Positions 1 through 11,459 of a stretch of 64,000 bases of DNA are shown in pieces. Source of the DNA: Cyanophora paradoxa CCMP329. Its lineage: Eukaryota; Plantae; Glaucophyta. Positions within the stretch are counted from its first letter, which is position 1, and every line of letters begins with the position of its first letter. The notes beneath the pieces are model-generated. The model was not told the DNA's origin. It was given only the letters and a program-made list of their open reading frames with translations, and searched no databases. The translations under genes and the position numbers were made by a program. Location: assembly GCA_004431415.1 (NCBI GenBank), contig QPMI01000412.1, positions 62,001-126,000 on the forward strand. The letters are read 5' to 3'.

Positions 1-3000
1 GTACGCAGGCTCCCCCGGCCGGCCGGCCGGCCGGCCCGCGGCGCTGAGGTACGGCAATTTTGACGCGGGGGGTACACCGCAGGATTTCGAGGGCGCCTTG
101 GACCGCCTCTGCCTGTGCGCGGCCCCGAAAGTCTCTCCGCCCTGCCGCCCGCCTCACGCGGTCCTCGCCGCAGGGAGGACCGCGCCGCCGCCCCTGACCC
201 GGACGCCATCATAGATCTCGAGGACTTCGAAAAGGTGCGCTACCCCCCCGCGTCGCCCTTTGCCCCCCCCCCCGCCCCGCCCCCCCCCGCCGCCCCCCCC
301 CCCCCCCCCCCCCGCCCCCCCGCCCCCGTCGTGACCTCGCGCCAGGCGCCCTACCACGCGACGCGGCCAGGGCGCTTCTCGAAGGCGAGCCGTACCCCCT
401 ACCCCTCCCCTCCCCCTCTCCTTCCTTCCCTTCACCCCCTCTCCGCTTTTCGCGCGCGGGGCTCGTTCACCCTGACGTTTCGCGTACCCCAGATCTTCCA
501 TGAGATGGAGCTGCAGCTGGGCAGGATCGTGTACACCTGCGAGCCCGACGATCAAGCCGAGCCCCTGTACCCCTCCCCCTTCCCCGTCGAAGCGTGCCCG
601 CGCCATCTCACGCCTCGCTTCCGGCGTAGACCCCTCTCTGTACCCAAGCCGGCCCCCGCCTGGATTCCCGTCCCGATCGTCCAGCTGGATCCCTCGCCCC
701 TATCCGCCGCTGTGCGCCTCTTCCCGTCCCTCTGCCCGCCCGCCCGCCCGCTGGCCGGCCGGCCTCACCCCGTCGCCAGGCCTTCCTGCGCCCGCCTAAT
801 GCCGAGGCTGACGCCGTGCTCTCCCGGGTACGGTGGACGCCAGCGCGCCGCCCGCCCGCGCCGCCTCACTGCTCCCCTCGGCCCAGCTCCAAGCTGCGTA
901 CCGCTCTCCGGACGCCCTGAGCACCCCCCACGGCCTCGCCGCCCTCGCCTCGGTGCGCCATCCCCGCCCCGCGCCCCTGTACCCCCCCCTGACCCGAACC
1001 GCGCCGCCCGTGCCGCCCCGCGCCGCCCGGCAGGCCCTCTCCGATCCTTGTCTCCTCGGGACCGAGCTCTTCAACTCCTTCGAGGGCCACTTCCGTGCGC
1101 CCTGTACCCCCCTCCCTCCCTTCCGCCCCCCCACGCGCCGCCCCCGATTGCGACCCGCGCGCCCGTTCGCTCGGCAGGGGTACAGGCGATGCTCTACCGG
1201 CTGGAGGAGGCGGGGCAGCGCTCCGTCGTGCGGCCCGCCCCGCTCAGCCCGCCCCCGCCGCTCCGCTCCACGCTGGAACGCGCCCCGACCCGACCCGCCC
1301 TGCCGCGGCCGGCGCGCCGCAGGTGGACTCGGTTCTGGAGGGCCACCGGTCGCGCCTGCTCGCCCTGCAGCACTCCGCCGACCCGTGCGGCCCCCGCCCC
1401 CCGCCGAGCCGTGCCGAGCGCAGCCCGGCTCCGCTCCGCTCTGCTCCGGCTATCGATTTCAATCCCGTGTCCTCGCAGGGAGGAGACCGCGCTGGCGGCG
1501 ATGGGTATCATGGAGTTCGTCACGGCCGGTGAGCCGTACCCCCTCGCGGCCGGCAACGCGCGGCGCTGGCCTGACGGGCGGGCGGCGGGGGGTACAGTGA
1601 CGACGTGGATGGGGCCCGTGCCTGCCGACCTGCTCCCCATGCGCCCCGAGCACGCCGCCGAGGCGCGCCCGCGCACGCGTACCCCCTCCCTGCCGGCGGG
1701 CCCTGACCCGCGCGCGTACCCCCAGCTCCTGGACAAGGCGGGCGAGCTCCTGACCGGGCACGAGGACGCGGTACCCCCCTCCCCTTCCCCCTCCTCCCCT
1801 CCCGCCTCCCCACCTCTCCTCACCTGACCGGCGCGCAGGCGGCGCTGGCCTGCTGCGACCTGCTGTACCGGAGGGCGATGCACGCCTTCCAGACGGGGCA
1901 GGACGCGAGGGCCCTCGAGCTCTGCTACGAGGGCTGGGCCCGCGTCATCCGGCACCGCCTGTACCCCTGCCGCGTCGAGGCCCGCCTCGTCCGCAGCTGC
2001 CTATGCTCGGCCTGCGCGTACCCGGGCACATGCCCCAGGTCAAGAGCATCGAGAACCGCGTCTACTGGTCCCCCCCGGCGCCCCCATTCACCCCCCCCCC
2101 CACCCGTACCCCTCCGGTCCCTAACCGTACCTGTACCCAGGTTCGAGGCGGGGGACGAGGACCTCGTCGACCGGGCCGTCAACCTCCAGATCCTCTGTAC
2201 CCCTTTCCTTCCCTCCCTCCCCCATCTAACTAACGAACTAACTCCCCCGGCAGCGGTGGCGCAGAGCATGCGGGGCAACTACGCCGGCATCGCCCCCTTC
2301 TTCGACGGCGCCGTCGACACGCTCGAGGCGAGCGAGCTTGCTCGTCGTCGCTCATGTGAGCGGCCTCGAGCTCGTCGTCGCTCACATGAGCGCGGGGCGG
2401 GGCAGGACCTGGCGACGCGGTCGAACGCGGTGAAGGGCCTCCTCGCGTGGACGCTATTCCTCAAGGCAGTCGGCAGCCTCCACATCCGTGCGGCCCCGCC
2501 CCGCCCCGCCCCGCCCGGCTCTAAGCGCCTCCTCCCTCCTTCCCTCCCTCCCTCCCGACGACCGCCCGCCCGCCCACCTGACGCCCGCCCGGCCAAGCTC
2601 TAAGCGCTAACTCCCTCCCTCCCTCTCGACCCAGGCCCGCCCGCCCGCCTGACGCCCGCCCCCCTCCTCCTCTCTCTCTCAGACCTCTTCGCGACGGTCA
2701 TGCGGAGCTGGAAGCGGGCCTTCCGCCTGCTGCAGGTTCCTTGTCGCCCGCCCCGCCCCGCCCCGCCCCTCTTTGCCTCGTGCCAGCGCGGGCCGACGGG
2801 CCGCCGCGTTCTCTCCCCCCGCAGGAGGCCTGCAGCGGGCCCGGCGACGTCTTCTGGGACGTCGCGTGCCTCCTCAGGTTCGAATCCGCGGGGGTCCCGT
2901 TTTCGGGCTGGCCGGCCGGGCCCTCGCCGAGTCGTGCGCGCCCCGCAGGGACCACTGCATGCGGATCGGCCGCGGCAACGAGTTCCACTCGTGCGTCACG

Positions 3001-3601
3001 TCCCCTGCCGGGACTGTGCACGCTTGCGCTCGCTCGCGGGGGTCCCCGACACTGGCCCGGCCCGGCCCCGCCCCGCCCCGCCCGCAGGCCCCAGACCCTC
3101 GCCCGCCTCTTCCGGCTCATGCTAATGATCATGAAGGTGAGCCTTGGACCGCCCCGCCCCGCCCCGCCCCCTCAGAAAGGCTCTCCAACCGAAGTCCCCC
3201 TCCCGCGCGCAGCTCTCGGACCCTCGCAACGCGACGCCCCTCCGCGCCCACACCCTCGCCGTCTACGGCGAGCTCCACCAGCGCACCGGTCCCCCCCTCC
3301 CTTTCCCCCTTTCTTTCCCGTACCCCCCTTCTCATCCCCGCCCGCTTCTTCGTTCGCAGGCGCGCACGCGAAGGCGGCGGAGTGCTTCGCCGAGTCGCTG
3401 GGGCTCCTGCAGGGCCGCTGGCCCCTCCTCTTCACGGACACGCACCCCCGCGTCGTCCGCCTTCGGTCCCTCCTCGAGGCTTCCCGCTCCGCCGCCGCCG
3501 GTGGAGCCACGGGGGAGGGCTCCCCGGGGGGGTACCGCGCCCCCCCGCGCCCCGCGTCCAAGCCCAAGGGCGGATTCTTCTCCCGCCTCCTCCACGGGTA
3601 A
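1..3601 (+). CDS. Multi-exon hypothetical helical/TPR-like protein, 5' end outside the window
   Basis: About 20 short exons bounded by GT/GC..AG introns (IFHEMELQLGRIVYTCEPDDQ, VKSIENRVYW, DLFATVMRSWKRAFRLLQ). The last exon AKAAECFAESLGLLQGRWPLLFTDTHPRVVRLRSLLEA resembles a KLC-type TPR end. TAA ends at 3601. Confidence 0.6.
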
Positions 3602-4567
3602 TTCTAGCCGGCCGCGGCCTAGGCCTGTCGCCCCGGCGCCCGCGGGGCGCGCACACCCCGACCCTGAAACCTCTGATTATGTTTGCTTGAGACTGTATTC
3701 CGCTGTAGCTTTGATTTATTTTCTTTTTTAGTCGCACGAAGTTCGCAGATCGTCGGACCGCTTTTCACTCTCGGATCGCTTTCGCTTGCAGATTTATTCC
3801 TCACATTTAGCTTTCGAGTATCACATCTTGATATCGATGTGGGTGGCTTTTCGAGCAGCCAAGAACGGCCCCGGCCCAGGTACCGGTGGGCCAGGCTGCT
3901 GGGCTGCGCGCGATCGCCCAGTGTACACATACGCAGCGTAAGCTTTGATTTGATACCGATTTCGATAAGTGCCGAGCAGCTTGTTCGTAGCACGTGCTCG
4001 CAGTTTCTTTCCCACAGCTGCAAAGTGTTTCGTTTTGTGATTTAGCTAAGTTTCAACCACTGATATCGATGTTAATCGATATCGAACTGCCGCCGGTCAC
4101 CGGGTGACCGTGACGGGCCCGGCCCGACGCGTACGCGGACCCCGACCCGCCGCGGCCACTGGGCCAGGCCGTGCGCCAGCCTCTGATCATGATCATGATA
4201 TCGATCATGAACTTGATATCATAGCTACAGACTGCAGGGCACGTGTAGCGAAGCGGAGCTCGGGGCCTAGGCACCCTGTAGGCACCCTGGCAGTACGACG
4301 GTGCGAACGGGTTCGGCAGCGGGGGGGGGGGGGGGGGGGGGGGGGCGGAAGGGGGGACGGGTCGCATGGAGGACCTACGACGGCAGGGGCGAGGGCACTG
4401 CGGCACTACGGTACGGGGAGCCCTGGCGCCAGCGACAGATCTAGAGCAGCCCCGAGCCGCACCCAAGGGGGATTCATTGCGTCGGATTCCTATATTGCCA
4501 AATTTACAATGACTGCGAAGCCCGGGCGCGCACGCGGCGCCAGCGCAACGGGCGCGGGCGGGCGCGC

Positions 4568-5143
4568 TTAGTCGGAGTCGGAGCCCGAGCCGTAGCCGCC
4601 GCCCATACGGCGACCCGACCCTGCGCGGCGCTCAGACGAGGGCCCGGCGGGGTACGTGAACGGGCTGGTGGGGGTACAGACCATTGCACTTGCGGCACGG
4701 GCCACCCTGCTTGCCCCGGCCCATGCCTTTGCACTTCTTGCACGTCATACCGCCGCCCATCATCGGCTGCTGGGGGGGATAGCCGCCCATCATCGGCTGC
4801 TGGGGGGGGTAGCCGCCCATCATCGGCTGCTGGGGGTAGCCGCCCATCATCGGCTGCTGGGGGTAGCCGCCCATCATCGGCTGCTGCGGGTACATGCCCG
4901 CTGCGCAAAGAACGCAATCGTTAAGGAAGGCAAAAACGCGGATGAAATCGTGGGGCGCACGCATGCCCATGCCCATCGCGCCTGCGGAAGGATCGAACGC
5001 GCGGGGACGTCAGCGGACGCGATCGAACCGGCTTTCGCACATTGCTGCACTGCGCACCCATAGCAGCCCCGGCGAGCATCCCCTGCATCGGGCCTGCGGG
5101 CGCCCCATTCATCGTCAATAGACCAACAACGTACGCAAGCCAT
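4568..5143 (-). CDS. Small low-complexity protein: five YP(P)QQPMMGG repeats plus two CxxCxGxG motifs (DnaJ-type zinc finger)
   Basis: Spliced model: ...PMQGMLAGAAMG|AMGMGMP|GM(YPQQPMMGG)x5 GMTCKKCKGMGRGKQGGPCRKCNG|SGRRMGGGYGSGSDSD*. Removing the last intron (gtctgt..gcgcag) restores CRKCNGSG. The first exon boundary is uncertain. Confidence 0.75.
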
Positions 5144-5800
5144 AAGAACGGCAGCTTCGCCGGCCGGGGGCGGACGGGCGATCCGATGTGCTAAGCACGG
5201 TAAAGCACTACAGGCAGAGTGTCCAGCGGCTCAGCGTCATGTAGACCGGGCCATTACGGCCGCGGGGTCCGATCTAGATCTAGATCTGCAAGGAGCTTCG
5301 GAACCGCCGAGACAACGCACCGAAGTTCCGAGTACGCGGCTCGTCTGTAGGAGGGAACGGAAAACGGTGTCAGCGATCGGATGGCGGCTTCCCCGAGAAA
5401 CTTAACGCCCGCGGGCCTCGCACGAGCTCGCGAATCGGCCGGATTCACGTCATTGCGCACCCGCCGCGAGGGACGGGAAGCAGGCGTGGAGCATGTTGCC
5501 CATGTTGTCGATGAGGCCGAACGTGTACGAAGGAGAAGGCCAAAGCGGAGCCGGTCTTCTGTACCCCCCTGGCTCCACTTCCGAGTGGCACTTCGCACTT
5601 GCCACTTGGCACTCACTAGGGTACTCAGCCTTCTCCTTCGTACACGTTTCCGTCAGCCTATCGCCTCCGCTCCAGTCTGTCAAGTCGGATTTAAGCAGCG
5701 CTCCGTACGATCGTTCCGCGGCAGCCGCTGCAATGTTAAGCAGCGCTCTGTTCGATCGTTCGACGTCGGTAAGAGCTTGTCTGCTCACTTCGCCCGCCGC

Positions 5801-7251
5801 ATGGCGTCCGCTGATCATGACGGCTCCGCGTCAGCTGCTGGAGCTCGCTGCCGCGTGGCGCGCCGCCCGTCGCGCTGCAGAAAGCATCCTTCGCCACGCT
5901 CAGCCGCCGTGCGGGCTCGCGGAACGTCCCCCTGCTCGCAGCGCGACCTCGCCCGTCGGCGGTTCCCCGCGCGCCCTAGGCCTCTCCCTCTCGCCAGGCG
6001 CGGCCCGCTGAGCCCAGAGCGCCTCTCGTATCTACCAGGCGCCATTTCCCGCCCTGCACCGCCTCTGCACGAGCGCCGGCGGCAATTCGGTGCTGAAGGC
6101 TTCGTTCGTACCGGACGCGAGCGCGGCGCCGCTCATTACGCTCACTGAGCCCGCGGAGGCGATCTGCAGCAAATTCAGGCGCTTTCTAACCCCGCAGCTA
6201 GCACTTCCCGTCCGCTCGCGGGGCGGGGCGACAACGACGCCTCTCCCGACTTCCTTGCCCCGGCCTGCGGTACGCCCTCCCCCCTCCACCCTGCCAATAA
6301 ACCGTACCCCTGCCTGAATCCTCCCAGGCGGAACGGAGTTCGCCGCCGCCTGCGGAGGCTTGCCCCCGTCTACGAGATGGGCCCAGCCCTCTCGGCCTCT
6401 CAGGTCTCTGCTTCCTTGACCTCACGGTTCGCCTACCCCCCCGCCCCTCCGCCCCTCCCCGTACGCCCCCCTCCCCCATGGAGCCGCGTTCTCCCGACCG
6501 CTCTTGCCAGATCTTAGGGAAATTCTGGTACTCCTGCTCGGCCTGCGGTCCCCTTCTGCTCCTCTGCTGGCTGCCCGTACCCGTCGACCCCAATGCCGTA
6601 CCCTTCCATCATCATGGCATGTTCCTCGCCGGCCTGCCCCCCCGCGCGAGTGGCTGCGAGCCTGCGACCCGGCGGCGGCCCCGCCCTCAGCCTTCACGCG
6701 CGCGGTTCGCAGTACCCCCCCCCTGCAGCCTCCGGTACCGCCGGCTGACGCCCCCCCCCCCCCCCCTCCCCCCAGCCTGAGCATCGAGGATCTCTTGGCG
6801 CTCTCTTTGCGGTGCGCGGATTACGTATGTACCCTCCTCCCTGCTGCAGGCGCAGGCAACACAGGCGCTGGGGCGGGGTCGGCCGCGCCGATCTAGACTA
6901 CCCTCTCCGTAACCGCCCCTGGCCGAGCTCGAGGACCCCGACGGAGGCGGGCGGAGCGGATCGGGGCACTGGAGGCCGGGGCTCCGGCGCCTCCCTCCAG
7001 CTGCTGCTCGGCTGTCGGCTGCAGTGGACGGGCGAGCGGACGAGGACGGTTCCCGGTCGGGCGGGCGAGGCGGCGGCCGCGGCGGCCGCGAGCGCCCCGT
7101 TCGGCGCCGCGCCTCCACCACCGCCGCTTGCTCGCGGGGCACCTCTGTTATCGGAATCCTCACCTCCGCCCTATTCCTGAGACGCGCGGGTCACTTCGCG
7201 GCAAGGGCGGAGAAGTTACCATGGCGGGTCCGAACTCAGCGCGCGATTTAA
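5801..7251 (+). CDS. Possible spliced hypothetical gene, structure unresolved
   Basis: ATG at 5801 and several intron-like segments (gttcgc..ccag, gtgcgc..gcag) separating coding-like blocks. I could not establish a coherent frame or family. Confidence 0.2.
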
Positions 7252-7409
7252 GAGGGGCGCGGGAGGGGCGCGAGCGGCACTGGCCCCGTGTGGTGTCTTA
7301 CCTTGCTCGTCAATTTGCTCCTGCCTTTCCCCGGACCTTCTTACGGCGCTTTACGCAGGGCAGCGGGTGGTCTGCGTGCGCGAACTCAGATTCCCAGCAA
7401 GGCCGCCAG

Positions 7410-8640
7410 CGCGGCGCGCGCACCGGACCGCGGCATGGCGCGCCGGTAGCAGGGAACCTGCTGGCTGACAGCTGTTCCCCCTTCCGCTCATCACGCAAGC
7501 GACGCGACCGCGGGCGAGGCCGGGCGCTGCGGGCGAGCGCCGAGCTGCGAGGCGTAGCTTGCATCGAGAGCTGCTGCAGCTCGAATGAGGATTAAGGAGC
7601 CGGGCAGCTGAGCGGCGGCCGGCCCTGGGACCGGCATATTGCATGGGTTGGGACCGGGGTAGCCGTGCGCGATCGGCTGTGTTGCAGGCTGACCAGCTGG
7701 CTGCGATCTACTTACACGCAGCGAATTCAGCGTAGAGCAGACGCGGCACATTACGTCATGGCGCTGCAGAAACGCAGGCAATGGCCACGGCTTTCCAGCT
7801 GCCGCTTGGACGAAGGCCCCGGAGGAGACCGGGCGATGAACGCAAAGCCGATTCCGCGGAATGGCAAGCATGAGCCGCACTAGCTGCAGCTGCGGACGTG
7901 CAAGCGATGGCGCCTGCAGAGCTGACCATCCAACCAGGCGCGGCCATCGCTGGCTTCCGAAGACAGCTGCCACTATTGGGCAGCTCCTGGGTCGTAATGC
8001 AACGTTCTCCGCTGCGCGGCAGAGGCGATCCCAGCTGCCGGCCGCGCGGGTCCTGCAGCCTATCCTCCAACCTTCAGCGAGCCATAAGATGGAGCGGGGC
8101 CGTCTCCAGACGCAAGACCCCCGCCTCAGGTTGGGGGGAGTCGACCATAGGGGGGTAGAAGCAAACTCTAGCAGCAGATCTGTTAGTCCAACTGCCGCAC
8201 GTCCGGCTGGTGCGTAAGCTTGCTTCTCTTGCGGTTAGGGGCTAGCGGGAGATCGCGGTTCGTCCGGCCGACCGGCGCTAGCGAGTCCTCGCCGGTCGGC
8301 ACCGCGGCGGGGCCTGAGCACGGATCAGGATGCGTTTAGAAGCTTCGTATCCACGAGAGCTAGTGCCGCGGCTGGGCCCAGACGGGTTGGTCGTGGCCGC
8401 AGTGCCGGCGCCGCCGTTTGGGGCTCACCGCGACTGGCGAGCCGCCGGGGGGTCTCCGGCTAGGCCTTAGCTCCACTAGCTCATCGCTAGACGTTTAGTT
8501 TAGTGGTGAGATATCGTTCCGGCGCACCCTCCTCGCCCGACACTCCCTTCAGCTCGGCGCGAAAGTTGCTCCTCCTCTCCCCGACTCCAGGCGCCGCTGA
8601 CGAACCCGCGCAGAGCGATCTGCTCGATCGAGACCTGCAG
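7410..8640. repeat. Left arm of a ~1.2 kb diverged inverted repeat
   Basis: The reverse complement aligns with 9480-10670. Example: acgtctagcgatgagct..gctcgccagtcgcgg..gccgcggcactagctc (reverse complement of the segment ending at 8494) vs 9587 onward. Matching antiparallel ORFs 7756..8070(-) and 10036..(+). Outer edge approximate. Confidence 0.85.
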
Positions 8641-9349
8641 GGATAGAGAGGGATGAGCCCTCTCAAGAGCTCAAGGGGACGCGCGGGCGGCGCGCCTTCG
8701 CGAAGAAGTTCGTGTTTTCCGAAGGCTTCGCGAACACGACGCGCCGGCCCGCCAGGCTCGAGTGCGCTGACGTCACGTAGCAGGCGAAGCCCAGCCGCTT
8801 CTCCTTGATCGCGAAGAGCCCTGCCCACGAGACCGCGAAGTAGGAGACGGCGATCTGGCGCGCAAAACGGAGTCCGATCGGCGCAGGAATCGGAGCAGGG
8901 GCCGAAGCGGGAAGGCGCACGCTTGACCCATCGTCCTGGGCCGCGAAGGATGCCGGAAGGAGAAGCTCGCTGCCCCTCGAGAAAGCGGCTAGGCTCTCCT
9001 TCTTGGGAAAGAAGAAGTGGTCGGCGAGATCGGCGCCGTCCATAGTGCGCCACTCCGACGGCGCTAGTTCGTTCGCGGAACTCGCACTCTGCCCGGTAAG
9101 GGGTCACAGAGTCGCTTGCGTATGCGGGCCGGCGTGCGCACCCTTGGCTTGGCCGGCGACAGTCCGAAGGCCCTTTCCGAAGAGCAGGCCGTCGGAGAAG
9201 TGGGCCCGGAACGAGCACATCTCCTTTATGATTGCAGGGCCTTGCTGTTCGAAGCTGACGGGAGTGCTCTCCACGGAATAGATCTCCAGGCCATGGTGCG
9301 TCTTCTCCGCTCTGATCAAGGCTTCAATCGCCTCGGAGATCGGTTTCAT
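8500..9349 (-). CDS. Hypothetical spliced gene between and overlapping the inverted-repeat arms
   Basis: Exons MKPISEAIEALIRAEKTHHGLEIY..., ...WRTMDGADLADHFFFPKKES..., IAVSYFAVSWAGLFAIKEKRLGFACYV...FFAK and VSIEQIALRGFVSGAW...*. Introns gtgcgc..ccag and gcgcgc..gcag. The phase of the first intron is ambiguous. Confidence 0.45.
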
Positions 9350-9479
9350 CGTGCCTCGGCTGCGCGCGCGGAAGCTTAGCGGGCGCGATGCTGCCGAACG
9401 CGCTGCTGCGGGGCACCAGGTCGTTCTCGCAGCTCCGGCGGACCGCGATACAACCTCAAGGGGCCTGCTGCGCAAACGT

Positions 9480-10670
9480 ACAGGTCAGCGCACGGCTCGA
9501 GACGCGGCCCAAGGTAGGGGAGAGAAGGATCAAATTTCACGTTGGAATAGGAAAGGCGAGCGCGGATGCGGTCTCTCGCCGCCTATACGTCTAGAGATGA
9601 GCTCGTGGCGCGTGGGTTCTCCCGGAGACCTTGCAGCGGCTCGCCAGTCGCGGCGAGCCTTCAACTTAAACGGAAGCGCGCGCGCCGGCACTGCGACCAC
9701 GAGCGATCCGTCTGGACCCGGCCGCGGCACTAGCTCGTGCGAAGGAGAACCCTTTGAACGCATCCTAATCCGTGCACGGGCCACGCAATCGCTCTAGCTT
9801 CACGGCGGGCGGAGAGCACAGGCTAGCAGCGGTCGTCCGGACAAAACCGCGACCCCTCGCTAGCCCCTAAACGCAAGAGAAGCAAGCGTACGCACCGGCC
9901 GGGCGTGCGGCAGAGTCTAACTGATCCGCTGCTTTGTTTCTGCTTCTACCCCCTACGGTCGATGGGTACCCCCCCGACCGAGCAGCGGGCTTGCCTCCAG
10001 GGACGGGCCCGCTCCATCTCAGGGCTCGCTGAAGGTTGGAAGATAGGCTGCAGGAGCCGCGCGGTCGGCAGCTGGGATCGCCTCTCCCGCTAACCGGAGA
10101 GCGCCGCATGACGACCCGGGAGGTGCCCGATAGTGAGAGATGTCTCCGGAAGCCAGCGATGGCCGCGCCTGGTCATCCCACCGCATGCACGTCCGTAGCT
10201 GCAGCTAGTGCGGCTCATGTTGTACATGTGGCCATTCCACAGAATCGGCGCGGCTTTGCCTTCATCGCCCGGTCTCTTCCGGGGCCTTCGCCCGAGCGGC
10301 CGCTAGAAAGCCGCGGCCTGCGTTTGTGCAGCGCCATGACGGAGCGTGCCAACGCTGCTCTATATACGCTTACCCGCCGCGGATGTCCGGAGCAGTTCGT
10401 ATGCCAGCTGGTCAGCTTGCAACACAGCCGATCGCGCACTGCTACCCCACTGACCGGTCCGAACCGTCCGATCCCATGCCAGCCCATAGCCCGCATCAGC
10501 TGCCAGTCCCTGGAGCACAGCGCGGCTGCAGCAGTTCTCGGTGCACACAGCGCTTGATAGCTCGCCTATAGCGCGCGCTGTACATGTGCGGCCTCGGCAG
10601 CGGCCGCGGCGCTGGCAATTTGCGGTCTGTGGCCGCATCCGCCACGCAATGCTCGGTGCGCGCGCCGTAG
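9480..10670. repeat. Right arm of the ~1.2 kb diverged inverted repeat
   Basis: See left arm. Example: ccagctggtcagcttgcaacacagccgatcgcgcac (~10404-10439) is a near-perfect reverse complement of gtgcgcgatcggctgtgttgcaggctgaccagctgg (7665-7700). Confidence 0.85.
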
Positions 10671-11459
10671 CCCACTAGCTCTCGCTTTGCGCCGAAAGAG
10701 GATGCCCTCGCAGGTATCGATTCCTGGGGCCCGGTCCTGGCCCTGGGACAGAGGCGCCGCGGCCCTGCCGATGCTTCAAGGCTTTGAAGTCCTCGCCGCT
10801 GCCCGCTCGCCGCTGCCCGCTCGCCGCTGCCCGCTCGCCGCTCGCCGCGCGATGCTCTTAATGCTCCCTGCCGCAGTGTGCCACCCGGCCCGGCGGCCGG
10901 CGGCCGGGTTCCTGACTTGCGCAGCGCGGTGGCTCCCAGGCCCGGGCTCAAGGGGCCGCCGCACGATTCTCCAGATCTAGAGAGCTGTGGTGCCTAAACG
11001 CTCGCGCTTCTCGCCCGCCCTCCCGACTCTCTCGCGCAGATTGCTGCCCGATATGCCACTCCCCCGGGGCGGCGTCGGAATGGAAGGAAGGCCCGGTACG
11101 GGGCAGGAACGCGCTCCTCCAAGCTCCGCCACCGCTCCCCCCCCCCCCCTTCCCCTCCCCCTCCCCCTCCCCCCTCCCCCCCGCGCACTCGACGCCATAC
11201 CCCTCGTCGCCGTACCCCTAGGTCTCTGCGGATCTCGTACCCGTCTCGCGTCCTTGTACCCCCTCCACGTCGCAATCCGGACACGTGATCCCCCAACGCG
11301 TACGGGCGGTCCGGGGTCTCGGCGAGAACGGGCCTTAGATCCCGGAGGGTGAAGCTTAGTCAGCCCGTGGGCGCCGGAGCTCAGTCTGAGCCGCCCACAC
11401 TTCAGCCTACCGTATGTTTAGTAGTAGTTCTATTCGAAATTTAAAGAGCTATTCGGTAT

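Noticed and set aside
115-1827. 570-aa ORF and similar long Pro/Arg/Ala-rich ORFs (e.g. 55478..60274, 28309..30951)
   Set aside because: They read through stop-free GC-rich introns and switch between real and false frames; spliced models explain the coding parts.
3619-4045. Overlapping 120-134 aa ORFs in the AT-richer intergenic region (likewise 15910-16597)
   Set aside because: No recognisable motifs or splice structure, and the composition is unlike the real exons.
4321-4345. 25-nt poly-G and other G/C runs as functional G-quadruplexes
   Set aside because: Such runs are ubiquitous here and their lengths are unreliable in this assembly.
7410-10670. Autonomous DNA transposon
   Set aside because: No DDE, tyrosine-recombinase or HUH motif in the central gene and no identifiable TSD; kept only as an inverted repeat.
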